The position numbers were made by a program, and so were the translations under genes. Shown piece after piece: positions 26,502 through 35,506 of a stretch of DNA of 41,648 nt. This stretch comes from Gemmatimonadales bacterium (GTDB taxonomy: Bacteria > Gemmatimonadota > Gemmatimonadetes > Gemmatimonadales > GWC2-71-9): NCBI GenBank assembly GCA_038326215.1, contig JBBQJU010000002.1:1-41648 (forward strand). Direction: 5' to 3'. The notes beneath the pieces were generated by a model. It saw only the letters and a program-made list of their open reading frames with translations, did no database searches and had not been told where the DNA came from. Position 1 is the first letter of the stretch, and each line of letters opens with the position of its first letter.

Positions 26502-27278
26502 GTGTCCGAGACCCCTGCTTCCCCCCAGGCCCAGCGCTTCTGCACCGGCTGTGGCGTGGCCCTGACGGCTAGCGTTCGCTTCTGTTCGGCCTGCGGCGCG
26601 CCCGTCGGCGGCGCCCCGGCAACCCATGCTGCCCCGAACGCCCCGAACGCCCAGGCCTACGCGAGCGGGGCGGCCGCCCCGACCCCCGCCACCTCGGCGG
26701 CCCCGTGGATCATCGCCGGGTTGCTGACGGTGGTGGCGGTGGTCGCGGTGATCTACGCCGCGACGGACCGAACCGCTGCCGAGCCGGCGGCGATGGGGAG
26801 TGCCGCCGCACCGGGTGCCGGCGCCGTCGGCGCATCGGGCGCCCCGGACATCTCGAACATGACGCCGCGCGAGCAGTTCACCCGGCTCACCGACCGGGTC
26901 ACCGCCGCCGCCGAGAAGGGCGACACCGCGACTGTCTTCCGCTTCACCCCGATGGCCCTCGGCGCCTACACCAACCTCCCGCCCGGGGACCGCGACATCG
27001 ACGCCCGCTATCACACGGCGATGATCCAGGCGCAGGTCGGGATGTTCCCCGAGGCGCTGGCCCTCGCCGACACCATGCTGAAGGAGGCGCCCAACAATCT
27101 GATGAGCTTCTTCGTTCAGGCGATCGTCGGTGACTATCAGGGGAAGAAGGCCGACGCCGAGGCGGCGCGCGCCGCCTTCCGGAAGAACTACGACGCCGAA
27201 ATCGCCAAGAAGCGGGACGAGTACGAGGCACACCGCCCGTTGCTCGAGAGCTTCAAGACCACCCCGGGGCCCAAGTAA
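26502..27278 (+). CDS. zinc-ribbon protein with one TM helix and a helical C-terminal domain
   Basis: GTG at 26502 has GGAG 5 nt upstream. It has the motif FCTGCGVAL...FCSACGAP, then the TM helix PWIIAGLLTVVAVVAVIYA. Confidence 0.65.
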   Translation: MSETPASPQAQRFCTGCGVALTASVRFCSACGAPVGGAPATHAAPNAPNAQAYASGAAAPTPATSAAPWIIAGLLTVVAVVAVIYAATDRTAAEPAAMGSAAAPGAGAVGASGAPDISNMTPREQFTRLTDRVTAAAEKGDTATVFRFTPMALGAYTNLPPGDRDIDARYHTAMIQAQVGMFPEALALADTMLKEAPNNLMSFFVQAIVGDYQGKKADAEAARAAFRKNYDAEIAKKRDEYEAHRPLLESFKTTPGPK

Positions 27279-28139
27279 ATGACCACGACGATCCGCGTCG
27301 CCCATTCGCCGGACTCCGACGACGCGTTCATGTTCTACGCGCTGGCCGAAGGGAAGATCGACACCGACATCACGTACGTGCACGAGCTCTCGGATATCGA
27401 GTCGCTCAATCAGCGCGCCCGGCAGAAGGAGCTCGACGTCTCGGCCGTGTCGATCCACGCCTACGCCTACATCGCCCACGACTACGCGCTGCTCAACAGC
27501 GGCTCGTCGATGGGGGACGGCTATGGCCCGCGGCTCGTTTCGCTGACCCCTCCCCCGGGCGACCGTCGTGCCGATTCCGCGATCATCCGCGAGGCCGCCC
27601 GCGGCAAGCGGATCGCGATCCCGGGGCTGCTTACCACAGCGTATCTGGCGCTGACGCTCTGGCAGCCCGACTTCGTCCCGGTCGTGATGGCCTTCGACGC
27701 GATCGAGGATGCCGTCCACAAGGGTGAGGTCGACCTCGGCCTGATCATCCACGAAGGACAGCTCACCTACGTCGACGACGGTCTCCACCTCTGGGCCGAC
27801 ACCGGCGAGTGGTGGCTCGACGAGACCGGCCTCCCGCTCCCGCTCGGCGGCAATGTCGTGCGCCGCGACCTCGGCCAGGCCCTGACCGAGCAGGTCGCCC
27901 GCGATCTCAAGGCGTCGATCGTCTACGGCCTCGAGCATCGCACCGCCGCCCTCGCCCACGCGAAGCAGTACAATCGCGGCATCTCCGACGCGCGCACCGA
28001 TGAATTCGTCGGGATGTACGTGAACGAGTGGACGGTGGACTACGGTGATCGCGGCCGCGAAGCGGTGCAGTTGCTGCTCGATCGGGCGGCGGAGGCGGGG
28101 ATCATTCCGGCGAAGGTGACGGTCGAATTTGTAGGGTAG
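27279..28139 (+). CDS. MqnA/MqnD (futalosine-pathway, periplasmic-binding-protein-like) family protein
   Basis: The N-terminus IRVAHSPDSDDAFMFYALAEGKID...ESLN resembles the MqnD-type pattern SP.P.D.F.FYAL. The ATG directly follows the upstream TAA. Confidence 0.65.
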   Translation: MTTTIRVAHSPDSDDAFMFYALAEGKIDTDITYVHELSDIESLNQRARQKELDVSAVSIHAYAYIAHDYALLNSGSSMGDGYGPRLVSLTPPPGDRRADSAIIREAARGKRIAIPGLLTTAYLALTLWQPDFVPVVMAFDAIEDAVHKGEVDLGLIIHEGQLTYVDDGLHLWADTGEWWLDETGLPLPLGGNVVRRDLGQALTEQVARDLKASIVYGLEHRTAALAHAKQYNRGISDARTDEFVGMYVNEWTVDYGDRGREAVQLLLDRAAEAGIIPAKVTVEFVG

Positions 28140-28277
28140 CCCCGCCCCCGCAGGGCGGCGGGGCCTCCGAAGTAGACACACGGTCCCCGCCCCCGCAGGG
28201 CGGCGGGGCCTCCGAAGTAGACACACGGTCCCCGCCCCCGAAGGGCGGCGGGGCCTCCGAAGTAGACACAGTCGGTC
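28140..28277 (-). repeat. REP family B: three head-to-tail copies with a 45-bp period
   Basis: The unit ccccgcccccgcagggcggcggggcctccgaagtagacacacggt occurs at 28140 and 28185 (identical) and at 28230 (a few changes). There are no unique spacers. Confidence 0.9.
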
Positions 28278-28296
28278 GCCCTTTTGGTTTTATTGA

Positions 28297-28352
28297 GGGA
28301 CCGAGTGTAACCAGTCAGGAGACCCCGCCGCGCGCGCTGCGCGAGGGCGGGG
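28297..28352 (+). repeat. REP family B copy in the opposite orientation to the adjacent triplet
   Basis: The sequence is gggaccgagtgtaaccagtcaggagaccccgccgcgcgcgctgcgcgagggcgggg. It ends 4 nt before the stop of the FG-GAP gene. Confidence 0.75.
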
Positions 28353-28356
28353 TGCG

Positions 28357-30174
28357 TCATCGCACCTCGAAGTACAACAATCCCCCCGACACCGTCCCCA
28401 CGAGGAGCGTCATCGAGTTGGGGCCGAAGAGATTGCCGAGCGCCGGCGCGGAGTACGCACCGGTGGGCACGACAAACGTGCTGTCGCGAACAAAGCGGGG
28501 GCCCGCTGGATCGGCGACGTTGCGCCAGAGCTGGACCCCGCCGTCCTCGCTGCCGAGGAGCATGTCGGCACGACCATCGCCGTCGACGTCGCGGAGGAGC
28601 GGTGTCGAGCGGCGACCCACATCGATGTCCTGGAAGGTGTCGCTCACCAGGACGAAGCGGGGTGCCGTCCGGCTGCCGTCGTTGCGGTAGAGGTTCACCT
28701 GGCCGCTCGCCTCGCCGACGAGCATGTCGAGGTCGCCATCGCCATCGAGGTCGGCCAGCGTCGGCACGGTATTGCTGCCCCGCGTGAGCGTGATCAACGC
28801 GGTATCGGCCATCGCCCAGCTCGGCGCGCTGCGTGTGCCGCTGTTGCGCCACCACTGCACGCGGTCCCGCCAGGTGCCGACCACCAGGTCAGGGAGGCCG
28901 TCGCCGTCGAGGTCCGCAACCGTCGGCGCGTAATGGAATTCGCCGCTGATCGGGAGCGGACCGCGATCGCGGAAGCTTGGCGCCGACGCCGTGCCGATGT
29001 TCTCGAACCAGGTGATCGTACCGGTGGTGTCGACCCCGGGCTCGATCTTGTTGCCCACCAGCAGGTCGAGGTCGCCGTCGCCATCGAGATCCGCGAGAGT
29101 CGGCACGGACTCGCTCCCGACATCGACGGTGCGGATCAACCGCCGAGTAACAACCTCGAAGGTGCCGCGCGTCGCTTGCCGGACGTAGTAGAGGTTGTCG
29201 ATCGAGGTGCGCGCCGGGAAGAAGGCGCCGCCGATCACGCCCATCACGATGTCGCCTAGCCCGTCGCCATCGGCATCGCCGAATGTCGGCGCATTGTAGC
29301 CGCTGGTCAGTACGCCCGAGCCGACCGGAAAACGCTGCGGCGGCGCCCGCATGTCGGGGGTGCTGCAGTGCGTTGCCCGGTTCTCGAAGAGCAGCAGGCC
29401 GGGCTCGAAGTAATCGCCCCAAAAGAGGTCCGGGTCGCCGTCGCCATCGATGTCGCCGAAGGCGAGCGTGTTGGCGCCATGACGTGAACCGCGTCCCTCG
29501 ATCTGGTTGGGTTGGCCGGGTACCGGGCCAAGCACTTCGATCCCCTCGAAGTGGTCAGTCACCAGCCCGAAGCGCGGAATTCCGTTGCGGGCGCTGCCGG
29601 GAATCGCTTCGTAGCGGTCCACCGTGCCGGCGACGCGCCCCAGGAAGAGATCGAGGCGCCCATTGCAGTCGATGTCGACGAGATTGAGGATGTTCTGGCG
29701 ATCGGCCGCGAGCGGCACGCCGTCGCCGTCGAGCAGCGAATCGAGGGCGACCTCGAAACGCGGCGCCGTGCGGCTCCCGACGTTGCGCCAGACCTTGATA
29801 TAGCTGATCGGGGATTCGCCCAGCAGATCGATCCGCCCGTCGCCATCAATGTCGATGAAGCGCGACCATTCACCGACCTGCAATCCCTGAAAGGTGTCGG
29901 TGCGCCAGACATAGCGGCCATCCACGCGCTCGAAGAACATCAGCGCGCCGGCGCGCTCCTGCACGAAGAGGTCGAGGTCGCCGTCACCGTCGATGTCGAC
30001 CAATTGCGGGCGCGGGACGTCGAACCCGCCGAGGAATGGTTCGAGGATCGGCACACCGGCGCGATCGGCCACCGGAAACGGCGACACGCGCCGCATGATC
30101 GTGCCGCCGCCCTGCGCCCCGAGGATCGCGGGCAGCAGGGCGGCGCACACCGCCAGGGAACGGACGCGACTCAC
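28357..30174 (-). CDS. FG-GAP/VCBS repeat protein, secreted
   Basis: It has a signal peptide and many DxDGDGxxD(L/I) calcium-binding-like repeats (DIDGDGDLDLFV, DIDGDGRIDLL, DLDGDGDLDLLVG, ...). The GTG start overlaps the upstream stop (GTGA). Confidence 0.85.
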   Translation of the reverse strand: MSRVRSLAVCAALLPAILGAQGGGTIMRRVSPFPVADRAGVPILEPFLGGFDVPRPQLVDIDGDGDLDLFVQERAGALMFFERVDGRYVWRTDTFQGLQVGEWSRFIDIDGDGRIDLLGESPISYIKVWRNVGSRTAPRFEVALDSLLDGDGVPLAADRQNILNLVDIDCNGRLDLFLGRVAGTVDRYEAIPGSARNGIPRFGLVTDHFEGIEVLGPVPGQPNQIEGRGSRHGANTLAFGDIDGDGDPDLFWGDYFEPGLLLFENRATHCSTPDMRAPPQRFPVGSGVLTSGYNAPTFGDADGDGLGDIVMGVIGGAFFPARTSIDNLYYVRQATRGTFEVVTRRLIRTVDVGSESVPTLADLDGDGDLDLLVGNKIEPGVDTTGTITWFENIGTASAPSFRDRGPLPISGEFHYAPTVADLDGDGLPDLVVGTWRDRVQWWRNSGTRSAPSWAMADTALITLTRGSNTVPTLADLDGDGDLDMLVGEASGQVNLYRNDGSRTAPRFVLVSDTFQDIDVGRRSTPLLRDVDGDGRADMLLGSEDGGVQLWRNVADPAGPRFVRDSTFVVPTGAYSAPALGNLFGPNSMTLLVGTVSGGLLYFEVR

Positions 30175-31271
30175 CGGGCGCGCGCCGCGCCGATCCCGGT
30201 CGGGCCGTTGCCCAGCATCAGCGTCGAGTGCACGGTGCCGCTCGCGAGATCGAGAATCGTGAGCCAGCCGTCGGAGGCCGCGTGGCCGTCCATTCCGTGC
30301 ATCTCATGGCCGCTCTGCCCCGGCATCAGAGCGCCGGTATTCTGGTTCACGATGAAGGCGTAGTTGTTGTCAGCCCGGAGGACCATCCCGTAGGGCTGTG
30401 CCATCCGCCCTTCGAGTGTCCGGACCAGCGTGCCGGTCGTCACATCGACCTCGGCGACGGCGTTCTTCGCGAGCAACGTGACGTAGGCATGCTTCCCGTC
30501 TCTGGCGAAGCGGGGCTCCCACGGCTTCCCGGCGAGCGGGATCTCCCGCACCGGCACGAACGGCGGTGGCTTGGTGAGGTCGAACACCAGCAACGTGTTC
30601 GACAACTCGCCGCCGGCGATCATCGTCTTCCCGTCCGGTGAGAGCGCGAATTGCACCAACGACCTCGCCACACCCGGCAAGGTCGTGAGCGTCACTCGGC
30701 CAGTCGACACCTCGACCGAGGCGATCCGATTCTCGGCGAGCGACGCCGTGTGCACCCACTTCCCGTCGAGGGTGACGGCGATGGCATGCGGACGGGGAAT
30801 CACGATTTCCTGCTCCTCCACCATCACAAACGCCTTCCGGGCAATCACGCCGAGCGCCTTGGGCGGATTGACCGCGGTCATCGAGCGACCGACATAGAGC
30901 GAATCGTGCACCGGGTCCAGTGTCAACAGGCCCGGCGTTTCCATCTTCACCTGGCCGAGGAGGTGATTGGCGCGGTCGAACTTCAGCACGCGGCCATCAC
31001 CGATCAGCGAGACATACCAGAACGCGCCGTCGGGCTCGACGGCGATGTGGTGCGGCTTGGCATTGGCGGTGAAACCGAGGCCGCGAAGGTCGATCACGGT
31101 GTCGACCGCCAGTCGCTGCTGGTCGATCACCGAGATCGTCGCCCCGGACTGATTCACGACGTAGAGTTTCTCCCCGACCGACGGCGCCGGAGCGTTGGCG
31201 GGTGTGGTGCCCCCGCCGTAACATGCCAGGGCGGCGAGTGCCGCCCCGGCCAGCAGGGTGGAACGGATCAT
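30171..31271 (-). CDS. YncE/YVTN-like beta-propeller lipoprotein
   Basis: It has a leader ending in LAALACYGG and propeller-type repeats (LYVVNQSGATISVID..., HGMVLRADNNYAFIVNQ...). ATG at 31271 overlaps the upstream stop (ATGA). Confidence 0.7.
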   Translation of the reverse strand: MIRSTLLAGAALAALACYGGGTTPANAPAPSVGEKLYVVNQSGATISVIDQQRLAVDTVIDLRGLGFTANAKPHHIAVEPDGAFWYVSLIGDGRVLKFDRANHLLGQVKMETPGLLTLDPVHDSLYVGRSMTAVNPPKALGVIARKAFVMVEEQEIVIPRPHAIAVTLDGKWVHTASLAENRIASVEVSTGRVTLTTLPGVARSLVQFALSPDGKTMIAGGELSNTLLVFDLTKPPPFVPVREIPLAGKPWEPRFARDGKHAYVTLLAKNAVAEVDVTTGTLVRTLEGRMAQPYGMVLRADNNYAFIVNQNTGALMPGQSGHEMHGMDGHAASDGWLTILDLASGTVHSTLMLGNGPTGIGAARAR

Positions 31272-33691
31272 GGCACCGTCTGGGTGCGATCGCGGACGAA
31301 GAAGACGCCTTCGCCGATGCTGGTGACGACGATCGTGCCGCTCTTGAAGTACGGATAGACGCTCCACGCACCGGCAAACGACGGCTTGCCATCGTCACCC
31401 GGGTGCGTGTCGAAGAAGCCGACTTCGCGGGGCTCGCGGGGATTGGTGATGTCGAGAATCCGGAGGCCCGACGTGTAGTTGGCCTGGTACATCCGGTTGC
31501 CCTTGACGTACAGGTTGTGGTCGATCGCCCGCGTGGTCCCGACGAACTGCGTGACCAGCACCGGGTCATCAAGATCGGAGACGTCCCAGACCAGCGTCCG
31601 CGTGCCCTTCGCGGCCTCGCCCTCGCCCTTCGACTCGTCCCCTTCGTCGTCGAGGTAGAAGTACTTCTGGTCGTCGGTCAGCCACCCCTGGTGCGCGTAG
31701 GCGACATTCGGGTAGGACGCCCGCGAAATCGCCACCGGATTCTTCTTGTCCGTCAGGTCCGCGATCGAGATGGCGGTCTCGTTGGAGCCGATGCAGATCT
31801 CCCGCCCACGGTACTTCTCGTCCGGGCCGCGGTAGGTCACGCACTGGGCATCATGCGAGTAGCCCGTCCCGGCGCTGCCGGTCTTCGGGTCGCCGAAGCA
31901 GCCGGCGAACTGCGGATGCTTCGGATCGCGCACGTCGATCATGTGATAGCCGCCGCCGCAGGTCTCGCCGCCGCCGGAGTTGCCGACGGTGTACATGAAG
32001 CCGGTCTCCTCGTTGGAGACGATGTTGTGCGCACTGTTGATCCGGTCGTAGGTCACATCCGGCGTGAAGACCTGCGGCGTCTTGACCGTGCGCAACCGAG
32101 TGAGGTCGAAGACCTGCATGCCGTGCTCGCCCGCGTTGTCCGAGACGATGAAGACGTGATCCTTGTAGGTCTTCATGTCGCGCCAGGCGGACGACGGCGA
32201 GCCCTTCGTCTTGGGGAGGTCGCCGAGGTAGCGCGGATTGGACGGGTCGGTGACGTCGACGAAGGACGTGCCGTCGGTCCGGCCGAGCAGCGCGATCTCG
32301 TGCTTGGTCACCGGATCGGTCCAGCCCCAGTTGTCATTCATCCCGGTGCCGCGCTTGCCACCGATCGCTGCGATCGGCAGGAAGGACTGGAGGGAGGCGT
32401 TGCCGCACTCGAAGGCGCCGGCCTTCCCGGCGTCGCTGCAGGCCACTTCCTTCCCCTTGACCGCCGAATAGAGTGGGGCCGCGGTCTCCGGGTAGAGGCT
32501 GTTGCGCACCGTCCAGGCACCGGTCGGGCCGCGCCCGAGGAAGAGCACCGTCCCGCCACCACCCGCGTCGCTCGGCATGCCGACCACGGCAGCATCCCCG
32601 GAGACGGCCATCGCGTTGGCCAACCCGGCGCCCGGCTCGAGGTCGCCGACCACCAGCGCCGACATCGTGCCGACGCTGCCGTCCTTGCCAACCGCCACAC
32701 GGTACACCCGACCGGCATTGCGCTCCGTCGCCGGTGCGCCAACCCAGATTTCATCGCCGACGGCGGCGAGCGTCGTGCCGAACCGGCCGCTGGCGAGCTG
32801 GAACGGCAACAGCGTCTGCCGCTCCCGCCACGCGCTGCCAGCCCGCTTCTCGAACACGATCGCGGTCCCGGCGGCACCACCACCCGGACCGGAGAGCACG
32901 ACGGCCCCCGGCGCGCCCGCGATCAGCCGCCCGCCCTGCAGCAACAGCGCCGTGCCGAGCTGGGCGTTGTCGGTGCCCCGCTGCGCCATCAACATCGACT
33001 CCTGCTGCCAGTTACCGTCGGTCTGCCGCGTGAAGGTGAATACGGCTCCCTTCCGCATCGAGTGCCCGGGCGCGCCAACCGCGAGCTGGGACCCGTCGAC
33101 GGTGAGGACGAGGCCGAAGAGGTCACCGGGCTCGACGCCCTGGGCCGCCAGGGTGCCTGCCGCGCTATAGACCCCATCGGCACCACGACGGAAGCGGTAG
33201 ACGACGCCGTTGCCGTCACGCGGGGCGCCGACCAGCACCGCATCACCCGCCAGCGCCATCGACCGCCCGAAGTCCGCGCGCATCACCCGCGTCGCGGCAT
33301 GCAGCACGCCGGCGGCCGCCCAGGTGCCGGCGGCGTTCTTCCGGAAGATGTGGACCTCGCCCCGGCCGCTGTCGGCGGCCGCGGGGCCGTCGATTCGCGA
33401 GATCAGCAGCGTCGTCCCATCGGTGACGATCGTCGTGCCGAAGCCGTCGTTCGGGGCGCCCGTCGGCAACGTCAGCGTGCCCGTTTCCTTCCAGCCGGCC
33501 GGACCGCGGCGGTAGAGGTGGACCGTCCCGGCCTTGGCGCCGCGCGGTTCACCGACAAAGGCTTGATCGCCGACGATCGCCACCGTGGCGCCGAAGGCGG
33601 GGAGCGATGAACGCTCATCGCGTCCGCCGGACGCGGCGACCGCACTGACGGCCAAGGGAAGGAGCAGAAGGGCTGAACACACTCGCTTCAT
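31268..33691 (-). CDS. large secreted protein with N-terminal FG-GAP-type repeats and a C-terminal LVIVD/choice-of-anchor-B-like domain
   Basis: It has the signal MKRVCSALLLLPLAVSAVA and repeats of the form FG...A..GD..LVGAP. The C-terminal segment WGWTDP...EIALLG...SFVDVTDPSNPRYLG...WRDMKTYKDHVFIVSD resembles choice-of-anchor B. Confidence 0.75.
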   Translation of the reverse strand: MKRVCSALLLLPLAVSAVAASGGRDERSSLPAFGATVAIVGDQAFVGEPRGAKAGTVHLYRRGPAGWKETGTLTLPTGAPNDGFGTTIVTDGTTLLISRIDGPAAADSGRGEVHIFRKNAAGTWAAAGVLHAATRVMRADFGRSMALAGDAVLVGAPRDGNGVVYRFRRGADGVYSAAGTLAAQGVEPGDLFGLVLTVDGSQLAVGAPGHSMRKGAVFTFTRQTDGNWQQESMLMAQRGTDNAQLGTALLLQGGRLIAGAPGAVVLSGPGGGAAGTAIVFEKRAGSAWRERQTLLPFQLASGRFGTTLAAVGDEIWVGAPATERNAGRVYRVAVGKDGSVGTMSALVVGDLEPGAGLANAMAVSGDAAVVGMPSDAGGGGTVLFLGRGPTGAWTVRNSLYPETAAPLYSAVKGKEVACSDAGKAGAFECGNASLQSFLPIAAIGGKRGTGMNDNWGWTDPVTKHEIALLGRTDGTSFVDVTDPSNPRYLGDLPKTKGSPSSAWRDMKTYKDHVFIVSDNAGEHGMQVFDLTRLRTVKTPQVFTPDVTYDRINSAHNIVSNEETGFMYTVGNSGGGETCGGGYHMIDVRDPKHPQFAGCFGDPKTGSAGTGYSHDAQCVTYRGPDEKYRGREICIGSNETAISIADLTDKKNPVAISRASYPNVAYAHQGWLTDDQKYFYLDDEGDESKGEGEAAKGTRTLVWDVSDLDDPVLVTQFVGTTRAIDHNLYVKGNRMYQANYTSGLRILDITNPREPREVGFFDTHPGDDGKPSFAGAWSVYPYFKSGTIVVTSIGEGVFFVRDRTQTVP

Positions 33692-33916
33692 CGGGGACGA
33701 CCTCGGGAGGGGGTAGAGAAGAGTCCGATAAGCTAACACCCGGCCAGCGTGCCGGGGGACGATCGGGGGGCCAACGGCACGGCCGGTCGCCACGCAATCT
33801 CATGGTACGGGAGAAGTGGCCCCGGAGGTTTCGACATCGTGACCACCGCAGGAGGCGCAGATTGGATCGGCCGATATATTGAGGAGAGGCAGAGGACTTC
33901 CACTTCTGGAGCAGGG

Positions 33917-35008
33917 ATGACCCTGGACACCACCGACCCCATGGCAGAAGCGACTGATCTGATCACGACCCTGGTGGTCGATGACGAAGACTCGATCCGG
34001 TCGGCACTACAGCGATTGCTCACCGCCATGGGCCATGAGGTCATCGTCACGGCAACCGCCGCCGACGCGCTGGCCGAGATTCGGCGCCGCAAGGTCGCCT
34101 GCATCCTGCTCGACGTCCGCCTGCCGGATGCCTCCGGTCCGGACTTGGTACCGATGATCCTCAAGGAAGAGCCCAACGCCGCCATCCTGATGCTGACCGC
34201 CGTGAACGACGCCAACACCGCCGCGCTCTGCATGCAGCGTGGGGCGATGGACTATCTCGTCAAGCCGGTCGACCTGCAGGATCTCGAACGGGCGATCGGC
34301 CGCGCCCTCGCACGTCGGCGCGACCTGATCGAGCAGGCCGAGACGCAAGCGTGGCTGAAGCAGGAGATTGTCCAGCGGGGGGCCGAACTCCGGCGTGAGC
34401 GGGGCAACCTTGAGCGGATCTCCGTCGCCACGCTGGAGGCGCTGGTCAACGCCCTCGAGGCCAAGGACCCCTACCTCCGCGGTCACTCGGCGCGGGTGGC
34501 CGATCTCTCCGCGATGGTCGCCGCCGAGATGGGGCTCTCCGACGAGCAGATCGAGATGGTGCGCACCGCGGGCCGGCTCCACGACATCGGCAAGATCGGC
34601 ATCCGCGAGACGGTGCTGCACAAGCATGGCCCGCTCTCTGACGAGGAGTTCGACCACGTCAAGACGCACGTGCTCATTGGCGCGCAGATCCTGGCCCCGC
34701 TGCACCACCTCCGCGAAGTGATCAACTACGTTCGCTCGCACCATGAGCGCTATGACGGCACCGGCTACCCGGACGGTCTCGTCGGCGAGGCCATTCCGGT
34801 GGGCGCCCGTATCCTCGGCGTCGCCGAGGTGTTTGATGCGCTGACCACGGCGCGGCCGTATCAGGAGAAGATGAGCCAGGAGCAGGCCGTCTCCCGGATG
34901 CGCGACTTGGTGGGCACGGTGATCTCCCCCGATGTGCACCGCGGATTGGCGGCGGTCATCACCCGTCGGCGCGCACTGGTCTTTCTCGACGAGCAGCGCG
35001 CGTCCTGA
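33917..35008 (+). CDS. response regulator with HD-GYP phosphodiesterase domain (RpfG-like)
   Basis: It has a receiver domain (LVVDDEDSIRSAL...DVRLPDASG) and HD-GYP motifs (HDIGKIGI, HHERYDGTGYP). ATG at 33917 lies inside the ORF track entry 33749..35008. Confidence 0.88.
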   Translation: MTLDTTDPMAEATDLITTLVVDDEDSIRSALQRLLTAMGHEVIVTATAADALAEIRRRKVACILLDVRLPDASGPDLVPMILKEEPNAAILMLTAVNDANTAALCMQRGAMDYLVKPVDLQDLERAIGRALARRRDLIEQAETQAWLKQEIVQRGAELRRERGNLERISVATLEALVNALEAKDPYLRGHSARVADLSAMVAAEMGLSDEQIEMVRTAGRLHDIGKIGIRETVLHKHGPLSDEEFDHVKTHVLIGAQILAPLHHLREVINYVRSHHERYDGTGYPDGLVGEAIPVGARILGVAEVFDALTTARPYQEKMSQEQAVSRMRDLVGTVISPDVHRGLAAVITRRRALVFLDEQRAS

Positions 35009-35080
35009 ACGGCGGATTGCGGTGCCATGACGCAGGGTTCGGTGCCGAGCACTGGACCCTGCGTTTGGTATCGTCGGGGC

Positions 35081-35506
35081 ATGACTCGCGGTGTCACCCT
35101 GCTGGAGCTCCTGCTCACCATGGTCCTCCTTGGCCTCCTGGCCGGGTTGGGCCTCCCTCGACTCGGCGCCGTCGCCTCGGCGGCCGCGCTCCGACACGAG
35201 GCCACCGAGCTGGTGGTGGCGCTTGATGCGGCGCGGATCGAGGCCATTCGTTTTGGTGGGGTCACGCGGCTGACCTTGAGCGACAGCAGCTACCGCCTCG
35301 AACTCGCCGTCGGCGGCGATACCACCCTGCGCTGGCAGCATGACGGACCCCGGGTGCGCGGCGTCCAGCTGAGCGGGGGCGGCGCGCCGATCCAGTTCGG
35401 GGCGGCGGGCCTGGCGGTGGGGGTGTCGAATCGCACCCTCGTGCTGACGCGCCGCGGCGTGAGCCGACGCGTCGTCATCTCGCGGTTAGGGCGGATCACC
35501 CCGTGA
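35081..35506 (+). CDS. GspH/FimT-like pseudopilin (prepilin-type N-terminal methylation domain)
   Basis: MTRGVTLLELLLTMVLLGLLAGLGLP is a class III signal with a hydrophobic helix. The size and the following beta-rich domain fit minor pseudopilins. Confidence 0.75.
   Translation: MTRGVTLLELLLTMVLLGLLAGLGLPRLGAVASAAALRHEATELVVALDAARIEAIRFGGVTRLTLSDSSYRLELAVGGDTTLRWQHDGPRVRGVQLSGGGAPIQFGAAGLAVGVSNRTLVLTRRGVSRRVVISRLGRITP

Noticed and set aside
23959-26565. 868-aa plus-strand ORF, the longest ORF in the window.
   Set aside because: It lies antisense to CopC, the 127-aa protein and the Omp85-like gene, all of which have recognisable motifs. Its translation is R/P/G/A/H-rich with no motif, which is the typical high-GC antisense artefact.
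26382-28226. Upstream roughly 615 aa of the 702-aa minus-strand ORF.
   Set aside because: It lies antisense to the zinc-ribbon and MqnA/D-like genes and runs through the REP B tandem. Only the last 87 codons (26118-26381) have protein-like composition, and only those were kept.
28140-28277. The three 45-bp direct repeats could have been a small CRISPR array.
   Set aside because: The units are contiguous with no unique spacers, no cas genes are nearby, and the same unit occurs singly at other loci. It is a tandem REP, not a CRISPR array.
31202-33610. 802-aa plus-strand ORF.
   Set aside because: It lies antisense to the FG-GAP/choice-of-anchor-B gene. Its composition is arginine/glycine/proline-dominated and it has no domain signature.
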